The notes beneath the pieces are model-generated. The model worked only from the letters and a program-made list of their open reading frames with translations. It made no database searches and was not told the origin of the DNA. Below, piece by piece: positions 8,392 to 15,979 of a stretch of DNA of 24,000 bases. The stretch is from Desulfobulbaceae bacterium. GTDB taxonomy: Bacteria; Desulfobacterota; Desulfobulbia; Desulfobulbales; Desulfobulbaceae. Location of the stretch: assembly GCA_027011235.1 (NCBI GenBank), contig JALVAI010000088.1, forward strand, positions 11,435 to 35,434, written 5' to 3'. Made by a program: the position numbers and the translations under genes. Each line of letters opens with the position of its first letter. The first letter of the stretch is position 1.

Positions 8392-8882
8392 ATATCACAT
8401 GAGAACAGTATTGCATGCGTATTTTCAGAAAATTTTTTTTCCATTTTTGTTTTATATGAGCTGCAATACAGAAGATAGCTCACCTTTTTCCTCCTCCTGT
8501 TTACGCAAATCGCCCGGAGCCGAACCTTTCAGAATTATATGTTTTCCATTTTCCGGCTCTAAATCCTGAAAGTTTTCGCTTTTTTTTTGAGAATGAGTCA
8601 TGGTAAAAAGTAGGTAAGCTCCCCTGCGTTATCGGTGAGTGAGACAAAATACCAGGCATAAAGGCGGGAAAAGCTGCTCCTTATATCCGGGTAAACGCGG
8701 AAGATTTACTACTTCTTTACCTCTGCCCTATCCTCGCCCCTCAAGGTGGGGATGGTGTTCTGTTTCTGTACGTAACCCCGCGAATTAGCTTTTATCCGGC
8801 CATATTTGAAAATATTTGGCTTTTTACCGCTATCAGGCCTTAATTCAGGACAAAGACTCTGTCTCTCCAGTGAAGGGACCCG

Positions 8883-11800
8883 GTGGTTTTCATGACCATT
8901 TATCAATTGGGCAGAATATATGGTTCGGGCTTTTTCCGGTTGATCGCCATCCTTTACTGGGCTGTTGTAGCCTGTGCTCCTTTGTCTGTCTGGGCCGGGG
9001 AGGCAAAGGTGGTGCGGGTTGGCTATTATGACAACCCGCCTAAACTTTTTCGTGGGCATCAGGGCGCGCCAAAGGGGATTTTCCCGGAAATTCTTGCGGT
9101 TATAGCAAAAAATGAAAACTGGCGCCTTAAATGGGTTCCAGGAAGCTGGTTGCAGGGATTGCGTAATCTCGAATCCGGCCGCATAGATATCATGCCCGAT
9201 GTCGCCTATTCCACTCAAAGAGCAGGGATATACGATTTTTCAGATGAGGCGGTTTTCGTCAACTGGGGGACACTGTATACCCGTCCGGGGCTGCATGTTG
9301 ACAATATCCCCGATCTTGCGGGAAAACGCGTCGCCGTTATGCGGGGAAGTATCCATGCCGATGGTGAAGAGGGAATACGCAACCAGGTCAAAAAGTTTAA
9401 TATTTCTTGCCGATTTGTCGAATTTGATAATTATCAGAATGTATTTCAGGCCCTGCAGAATGATCTCGCCGATGTCGGCGTTGTCAATCGGCTGTTCGGG
9501 TCTACCTCCCAGGAGCTGTATGATGTCCTGCCGACAACGGTGGCCTTTAATCCACGGCACCTGAAATTCGCTTTTCCCAAAAATAAAGCCTCCACCGCTT
9601 ATCTGAAGGTGACCATTGACCGGTACCTGAAAGAGGCCCGCCAGAATCCGGATTCGGCAATCGCCCACATTATTAATTCCTATGTGTCGGATATTTCAAT
9701 GCGGCTTCATGTTGAGGCTGAACAGGTCTATCTTACCAAACCGGAAAAGGCATGGATTAAATCGCATCCAGTGATCAGGGTCGGCATTGATCCAGAATTC
9801 GCACCCTTTGAATACATTGATGACAACGGGAATTACTGTGGTTTTGCCGCTGATTATATCAAGTTGCTCAACAAACGTCTGGGCCTTCATCTTGAGGTTG
9901 TGCACGGATTGAGCTGGCAGGAGGTGGTACGCAGGGCCAAAAGCAAAGAAATCGACATGCTTTCGGCAGTGGGTTTTTCCGAAAAACGGTCCCGGTTTTT
10001 GGCCTACTCCATTCCCTATCTCGGTTTTTACCGTATGGTTTTCTGCCGCGCCGATGCCCCGTTTATTTCGGGTGTACCGGATCTGGCTCGGCTGAATATC
10101 GCCGTCCAGGCAAACACCTCCCATGCGGCCTGGATCCAGGAGCATACCAGCCTGACACCCCATTATTATGACACGTTGAAAGAGACAATCCTGGCCGTAG
10201 CCAGGGGCGAGGATGATGCCTTTATCGGCAATCTCGCTGTTTGCACCTACTGGATACGTAAACTTAATATTACCAATCTGCGTGTAGCCGCCCCCGTTTC
10301 CCTGGAGCGTCAGCTTCTATACATGGCTGTTCGGAAGGACTGGCTGCCCCTTGTGGGGATCCTCAATAAGGGGATTCGTTCGATTTCACCCCAGGATGCC
10401 GAGGCAATACGAAACCGGTGGCTTGCCGCCGGGTATTCAGTCGGCATGTCGAAAAAGATCATTTATCAGCGTCTGGCCGTCATAGCGTTGTTTTCCCTGT
10501 TTGCCATAGGGTTTTTCTGGTTCTGGAACACCAGGCTGAAAAGGGAGATCGTCCGGAGAAAAGAAGCTGAAGACGCTCTGTTGCAAGTCCAGGGCAAGCT
10601 GGTGCGTAAAGTCGCCGAACGCACCCGAAAACTGCAGGAGAATAAAAATTATCTGCAGGCGATCTTTAATGCGCCCAATGAGGCCATCTTTATCCATGAC
10701 CCTGAATCCGGCTCCATCCTTGATGTCAACAAGACCATGCTTGAAATGTATGGTGTTACCTATGAGGAGGCTTTAAAGGCACGGGTGGGAGACCTCAGCC
10801 TGGGAGAGCATCCCTATGACGAGGAAGAGGCCATTTCGTATATGCAACGCACAGCAAATGAGGGGCCACAGACCTTTGAATGGTTGTCCAGGAGAAAGAA
10901 TGGTGAACTCTTTTGGACCGAAATAGGGTTGACCCTGACAAAAGTTGCCGGCAGGGCCTATATCATTGCTGTGGTCCGTAATATTGACGAAAAAAAGAAA
11001 AATGAGCAGATGCTTGTAGCCGAACAGGAGCGCCTTGCTGTCACCCTTCGCAGTATAGGTGAAGGGGTCATTGCCGTTGATATGGAAGGAGCTGTCGTTC
11101 TCTTGAACAGGGTTGCGGAACAGTTGACGGGCTGGAGCTTTGAAGAGGCACGGGGCATGCCCTATTCCAGGGTTTTTTCCCTTGTGGATGAAGAGACCAA
11201 CGGGCCGGTGGAAGATCCGGTTGACATGGTTTTTCGTCAGGGGACTGCTGTTGGTTTTTCCCATCACCGCGCATTACGGGCCAAAGATGGTAAGGTGCGC
11301 AGTATTGCCGATAGCTGTGCGCCCATCCGTGACCGTGATTCCCGGGTGATCGGTGTTGTTCTTGTGTTTCGGGATGTTTCCAACGAAAGGAAAATTGAAG
11401 AGGAACTGCTCAAGGTCCGGAAACTGGAATCGCTTGGAGTGCTTGCTGGGGGAATAGCCCATGATTTCAATAATATCCTGTCGGCAATCACCGGCAATAT
11501 TGAATTAACAAGAAAAATGACCTCTACGGATGTACGGGCCGCCTCCCTGCTCGATGATGCCTTGAAGGCCTGCGGTCGGGCTGAAAAACTGACCAAACAG
11601 CTCCTTACCTTTGCCAAAGGCGGCGAACCCATCAGGGAGACGGCTTCCCTGTGTCGGCTGATCCAGGATTCCGCCGATTTTGTGCTGCGTGGAAGTTCTG
11701 TGTCCTGCTCCTATGATTTTCCCGATGATCTGTGGCCGGTACACGTGGACAAGGGACAGATCAGCCAGGTCATACAGAACATTATCATCAATGCCAGGCA

Positions 11801-12536
11801 GGCCATGGAGGACGGAGGGACAGTGCGCATCAAATGTGCAAATATTGGTAACGGGGCATCGGAACCCTTTCCCGAAATGGAGCAAAGAAAATATGTAAAA
11901 ATTGTCATCTCCGATACGGGCTCGGGCATTCCACCGGAGATTATTGATAAAATTTTTGATCCTTTTTATACCACCAAGGAAACGGGCAGTGGCCTGGGAC
12001 TGGCAATATGCCACTCCATTGTCAGCAAGCATAAGGGGCGGATATTCGTCAAATCGACTCCGAATATCGGCACGACCTTCACCATTTATTTACCGGCATC
12101 TGATGTCGATCAAAAGCATAGGCAGGGGATGGATATGGAAGAAAATGGTCACCGGCGGCAACCGGCACGTATACTGGTGATGGATGATGAAGAACTGGTG
12201 AAAAAAGTCGTCAAATCACAGCTTGAGTATCTCGGACATACGGTTCTGTTTGCCGGTGACGGCCGGGAGGCCATAGAGCAATACCGGGAGTTACTGGGCA
12301 CGGAGCAGGCAATCGATTGCGTGATTATGGATCTGACCATTCCCGGTGGGATCGGCGGCCGGGAGGCGGTGCGGGAAATTCTCGCCATTGACCCGGACGC
12401 CAGAGTGATTGTGGCCAGCGGCTATTTCAATGATCCGGTGATGGCCAACTTTCGGGAACACGGATTTATGGCAGCGGTTTCAAAGCCTTTTAAGCTTGAT
12501 GAACTGCAACGGGCAATTGCTTCAGTATTGACTTGA
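8883..12536 (+). CDS. Hybrid sensor histidine kinase, BvgS-like: signal peptide, 2 periplasmic family-3 solute-binding (Venus flytrap) domains, TM, 2 PAS, HisKA, HATPase, receiver
   Basis: Signal/TM FFRLIAILYWAVVACAPLSVWA. Two SBP-like repeats (VVRVGYYDNPP..., VIRVGIDPEFAPFEYID...). TM LAVIALFSLFAIGFFWFW. H-box HDFNNILSAITGNIEL, N-box QNIIINARQAM, G-boxes DTGSGI and GSGLGL. Receiver ILVMDDEE...VIMDLTIPGG...VSKPF. The track start 8883 is GTG; ATG 8892 is an alternative. Confidence 0.92.
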   Translation: MVFMTIYQLGRIYGSGFFRLIAILYWAVVACAPLSVWAGEAKVVRVGYYDNPPKLFRGHQGAPKGIFPEILAVIAKNENWRLKWVPGSWLQGLRNLESGRIDIMPDVAYSTQRAGIYDFSDEAVFVNWGTLYTRPGLHVDNIPDLAGKRVAVMRGSIHADGEEGIRNQVKKFNISCRFVEFDNYQNVFQALQNDLADVGVVNRLFGSTSQELYDVLPTTVAFNPRHLKFAFPKNKASTAYLKVTIDRYLKEARQNPDSAIAHIINSYVSDISMRLHVEAEQVYLTKPEKAWIKSHPVIRVGIDPEFAPFEYIDDNGNYCGFAADYIKLLNKRLGLHLEVVHGLSWQEVVRRAKSKEIDMLSAVGFSEKRSRFLAYSIPYLGFYRMVFCRADAPFISGVPDLARLNIAVQANTSHAAWIQEHTSLTPHYYDTLKETILAVARGEDDAFIGNLAVCTYWIRKLNITNLRVAAPVSLERQLLYMAVRKDWLPLVGILNKGIRSISPQDAEAIRNRWLAAGYSVGMSKKIIYQRLAVIALFSLFAIGFFWFWNTRLKREIVRRKEAEDALLQVQGKLVRKVAERTRKLQENKNYLQAIFNAPNEAIFIHDPESGSILDVNKTMLEMYGVTYEEALKARVGDLSLGEHPYDEEEAISYMQRTANEGPQTFEWLSRRKNGELFWTEIGLTLTKVAGRAYIIAVVRNIDEKKKNEQMLVAEQERLAVTLRSIGEGVIAVDMEGAVVLLNRVAEQLTGWSFEEARGMPYSRVFSLVDEETNGPVEDPVDMVFRQGTAVGFSHHRALRAKDGKVRSIADSCAPIRDRDSRVIGVVLVFRDVSNERKIEEELLKVRKLESLGVLAGGIAHDFNNILSAITGNIELTRKMTSTDVRAASLLDDALKACGRAEKLTKQLLTFAKGGEPIRETASLCRLIQDSADFVLRGSSVSCSYDFPDDLWPVHVDKGQISQVIQNIIINARQAMEDGGTVRIKCANIGNGASEPFPEMEQRKYVKIVISDTGSGIPPEIIDKIFDPFYTTKETGSGLGLAICHSIVSKHKGRIFVKSTPNIGTTFTIYLPASDVDQKHRQGMDMEENGHRRQPARILVMDDEELVKKVVKSQLEYLGHTVLFAGDGREAIEQYRELLGTEQAIDCVIMDLTIPGGIGGREAVREILAIDPDARVIVASGYFNDPVMANFREHGFMAAVSKPFKLDELQRAIASVLT

Positions 12537-12650
12537 TTCCGCAAAAACAGGTCAGGTTCCCCACCATCTCTTAAATCGGCCATCTTTTTTCCCCTGTCTG
12601 CATCAAGATCGCAAGTCTCTTTTTTCAGACGCAATACTTTTCCAGCCGGC

Positions 12651-12656
12651 TATAAT
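12651..12656 (+). promoter_or_regulatory. Candidate -10 hexamer for the cNMP-methyltransferase/HD-GYP operon
   Basis: Perfect TATAAT about 95 nt upstream of ATG 12751 in the 214-nt spacer after the kinase gene. No convincing -35 was found, so this is tentative. Confidence 0.3.
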
Positions 12657-12750
12657 TTTCTTGAATTGTAGGAATTCCTCCCGCATAATAACAATATATA
12701 AGCTGGTTTTTTCCAGTCGATTATCCGTTTCCTTTTTCCGGGGGTGAATA

Positions 12751-14268
12751 ATGCAGGAGCCAAAGAGTATGACTGCAACCGTACCATTACGAGCTTGGTC
12801 GACTACCCAGGAACTCATCGCCGAAGTTCTTTCCTTTGCGTCGAAAAAACACTTTGCCCCCGGTGACCCTGTGCTGTCTCCGAAAACGGAATCCGAGGGT
12901 TTTTATTATGTCGAGTCCGGAACTGTGGAGGTCAGTTATACCGGTGCCCGTCAGACAAAGATTACCGTTGCCCTGATTGGTGCCGGTGAATTTTTCGGCG
13001 AAATAGGGTTCTTTGATAAAGGTACAAGGGTAAGGACAATTGAAGCCTCCGAGGAAGCCGATATTGGGGTTTTTACCCGGGAGGTAATGGAGACGATCAG
13101 AGAGAAACAGCCTGATCTGTACATCGACTTTCTCCTCTATCTCACCCGAAAGATATGTGCAAAGTTCCGTCGACTTTCCGGTGAAACTTCACCAGTAGCC
13201 GCTTATGCGGATTCAATTGCTGACCGTCGTTCTTGCAAGTATACAGGGGCGAAACCCCTGCCACCGAGTCTGGTGCGTTCCGAATTATGGCAGAAAATCC
13301 ACGAGCAGGTGGAGCGGATTTCCATGGATTTTTTTAACATGTCTCTGCTGATTCATGAATCCGTGTCTGACCATGAAGAAGATAAAATACGACAGGATTG
13401 TCAGGAAGTTCTGGAGAGGTTTGCCGCGAGTATGCCATTGCTGGAACAACAGGTGGCAGGATCGGGATATGAGGACATTTTCTGGGGATATATTTTCAAG
13501 GAGGTCTATCCCTATTTTATGCGCAGTCGTCATGCTGAGCGCAGCTATCACAAACCCAAGGGATATGCCGGTGATTTTCTCATGATTGAGCATATATATG
13601 AAAATATCCCCAAAGGAGAAGGAAAAATTGGTGAAATAATCGATGCCTTTTGCCTGGACCGGCCTTCTTCAAAAGCCATTCGTGGCCGACGCCGTCTGTT
13701 GGCTGCCCAGCTTGCCAGGTTGACAGCCCCCCTGGCCCAACAGGGAAATCAAATTTCCATTATGAACCTGGCCTGCGGACCAAATAGAGAGTTGTTTGAT
13801 TTTCTCTCCCGCTGTGAATACGGTTCTCTGATCAAAGCGCTGTGCGTGGATATCGATGCCGAGGCATTGGAGTATACCAATAAGTACGTCGACACCTTTT
13901 TTCATGGAGCCGATATTAAGCTTATGCAGGAAAATGTCATCAAGTGGTCTCTGGGCAGGGTGAAACATCGGATAGACCAACAAGACATTATTTATTCGGC
14001 CGGACTTTGTGACTATCTGGAGGACCGTTTGTTTAAAAAATTGATCACCCGCTGTTATCATCATCTCAAACCCGGCGGCACCTTGATCCTCGGTAATTTT
14101 GATTTCCATGAAGATGCTGTTTTCATGGACCGGATTTTGCGCTGGAAGTTGATTTATCGTCGTCGTGATCAATTAGCCGCTCTGTTTGCCGATACCCCTT
14201 TTGGCACGGCAGCCATTTTGAGTGAAGAAGAACAGATCAATCTGTTTGCTCTTGCCGTCAGGGAGTAA
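12751..14268 (+). CDS. Fusion protein: N-terminal cyclic-nucleotide-binding (CAP/CRP effector-type) domain plus C-terminal class I SAM-dependent methyltransferase
   Basis: cNMP beta-barrel and phosphate-binding cassette region: FYYVESGTVEV...IGAGEFFGEIGFFDKGTRVRTIEA. Rossmann methyltransferase motifs: ISIMNLACGPNRE (motif I), CVDIDAEAL, DIIYSAGLCDYL, LKPGGTLILGNF. ATG 12769 is an alternative start. Confidence 0.82.
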   Translation: MQEPKSMTATVPLRAWSTTQELIAEVLSFASKKHFAPGDPVLSPKTESEGFYYVESGTVEVSYTGARQTKITVALIGAGEFFGEIGFFDKGTRVRTIEASEEADIGVFTREVMETIREKQPDLYIDFLLYLTRKICAKFRRLSGETSPVAAYADSIADRRSCKYTGAKPLPPSLVRSELWQKIHEQVERISMDFFNMSLLIHESVSDHEEDKIRQDCQEVLERFAASMPLLEQQVAGSGYEDIFWGYIFKEVYPYFMRSRHAERSYHKPKGYAGDFLMIEHIYENIPKGEGKIGEIIDAFCLDRPSSKAIRGRRRLLAAQLARLTAPLAQQGNQISIMNLACGPNRELFDFLSRCEYGSLIKALCVDIDAEALEYTNKYVDTFFHGADIKLMQENVIKWSLGRVKHRIDQQDIIYSAGLCDYLEDRLFKKLITRCYHHLKPGGTLILGNFDFHEDAVFMDRILRWKLIYRRRDQLAALFADTPFGTAAILSEEEQINLFALAVRE

Positions 14269-14274
14269 TATTTT

Positions 14275-15969
14275 ATGCCTGTTCCGGAGAGTATCAGCAC
14301 AAGTTTTGCTGATGAGTTATCCAAACTTTTTGTCCGGAAGGCCATACCTATCCTTTGGTTAGGAATTCTCTTTGTTCTTTTTTTTTCCCTGCTTGATTAT
14401 TTCGTCCATCGATCTGTTTTTAGCCTTTTCCTTTCCTATCGCCTCGCACTGGCCATTTTTGTGCTTGTCCTGCTCGGCCTACTTCATTTTCGATCATTGC
14501 GGCGTCATGCCCTGTTGCTGATGGGGATGGCGCTTGTTGCTGCCAGCTATACCATCTCCATGATGATCATTCATATCGGCGGATTTTCCTCCCCTTATTA
14601 TATAGGCATAGTACTCACTGCTTATTTTGCTTTTTCGGTTCTTCCCATGACCGTTTCCCAGGTTGTATGTATAGGGATCGCCATGTATGCCGTATATCTG
14701 GGTATCCAATTGATTTCAGGTTATCCTTTGACCCGACAAGAGATTGTTCATGCGATAACAAATACGGTTTTCTATTTTTCTGTTCTACTTGCAATTGGTG
14801 TCAAGGCCCACGATGATATGAAAATTCGTCGGTCCATATGGCAGGGGCGCAGGAAAATGCATCAACTGCGTAATGAGCTGGAGATTTACACGGGCGATCT
14901 TGCCTATCTTGTTGAGCAGCGGTTGCAACAGTTGGAGGAGTTGAAGTTTCGTTTCAGTGAACTGTATGAAAATATATTGGACATGGTCGCTGTTGTCGAT
15001 GATCAGGCTAATATCCTGCTTTGCAACAATCGTTTTGCAAGTGAGTTCGCCATTACCGATCCGGCGGTGAATTCTCGCTGTCTTTTTGACTATTTTGCGG
15101 GTAAGCGCCGCAGGGAGATTGTTGCCGGGATATTACCACGCTTTTCCGGCAGATCACCTGTATACGGAGTTGAAACAACAATGGTGACGGCGGCGGGCAA
15201 GGAATTGACCGTTGAAATAAGCGGTAGCTGGGTGGACATAGATCATGGCGTTTCCGGCTGTCAGTTGGTGCTGCGCAATATAACCAACCGCAGGAAGATG
15301 GAACAGCAGATGCTGGAATCAACCCGTTTGATCGATCATTCACGACGGACGGCAATCCTTGGTCTTGCCAAACTTGCCGAATATCGTGATCAGGATACCG
15401 GGGCCCATCTTGAACGGATCCGTGAGTACACCCGTCTGCTGACCCGGGCCCTTTCCCTGCGGTCCGGCCTGCAGCACCTGATCACCCCTTCGTTTCTCGA
15501 GGACATAACCCTGTCTTCGGTCCTCCATGACATTGGCAAGGTTGGTATTCCAGACAAGATTCTGCTCAAGCCCGGTAAACTCAGCAGCGAGGAATTTGAG
15601 ATTATGAAAAGGCATTGCATCTATGGTCGAGATGTGCTTGCCGAAGCCCGTCGGGATGCCGGCAATGTTTCCTTTTTGGCCATGGGTCAGCAGATCACCC
15701 ATTTTCATCATGAAAAATGGGACGGCAGTGGCTATCCTGAAGGACTGAGTGCAACCGATATTCCTCTTGCCGCTAGGATTGTCGCCTTAGCGGATGTGTA
15801 TGACGCACTGACCTCGAGGCGGTGTTACAAACAGGCCCTGTCCCATGAACAGGCCCGAAAGATTCTTGTTCGGGACCGGGGGAGTCATTTTGATCCGCAG
15901 GTGGTGGACGCCTTTCTTGAACAGGAGGCAGATTTTAAACAGATTCGCATGAAGATTCTTTTACAATAA
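14275..15969 (+). CDS. Membrane-bound HD-GYP domain phosphodiesterase (about 6 TM, coiled coil, PAS, HD-GYP)
   Basis: Six hydrophobic helices in the first ~180 aa and a PAS-like segment (YENILDMVAVVDDQANILLCNNRF...). HD-GYP signatures are LHDIGKVGIPDKILLKPGKL and HHEKWDGSGYPEGL. Starts 6 nt after the upstream stop. Confidence 0.9.
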   Translation: MPVPESISTSFADELSKLFVRKAIPILWLGILFVLFFSLLDYFVHRSVFSLFLSYRLALAIFVLVLLGLLHFRSLRRHALLLMGMALVAASYTISMMIIHIGGFSSPYYIGIVLTAYFAFSVLPMTVSQVVCIGIAMYAVYLGIQLISGYPLTRQEIVHAITNTVFYFSVLLAIGVKAHDDMKIRRSIWQGRRKMHQLRNELEIYTGDLAYLVEQRLQQLEELKFRFSELYENILDMVAVVDDQANILLCNNRFASEFAITDPAVNSRCLFDYFAGKRRREIVAGILPRFSGRSPVYGVETTMVTAAGKELTVEISGSWVDIDHGVSGCQLVLRNITNRRKMEQQMLESTRLIDHSRRTAILGLAKLAEYRDQDTGAHLERIREYTRLLTRALSLRSGLQHLITPSFLEDITLSSVLHDIGKVGIPDKILLKPGKLSSEEFEIMKRHCIYGRDVLAEARRDAGNVSFLAMGQQITHFHHEKWDGSGYPEGLSATDIPLAARIVALADVYDALTSRRCYKQALSHEQARKILVRDRGSHFDPQVVDAFLEQEADFKQIRMKILLQ

Positions 15970-15979
15970 GTCAATTTCA

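Noticed and set aside
8732-8770. Small hairpin CC-tcg-CCCC tcaaggt GGGG-at-GG followed by a U-rich tgttctgtttctgt, considered as a plus-strand terminator.
   Set aside because: Only about 6 interrupted base pairs with bulges, and it lies 400 nt from the nearest upstream plus-strand ORF. Too weak to call.
8709-9218. 169-aa minus-strand ORF spanning the kinase start region.
   Set aside because: It overlaps the signal peptide and first solute-binding domain of the kinase in antisense. It has no SD or motif, and half of it lies in a probable promoter region.
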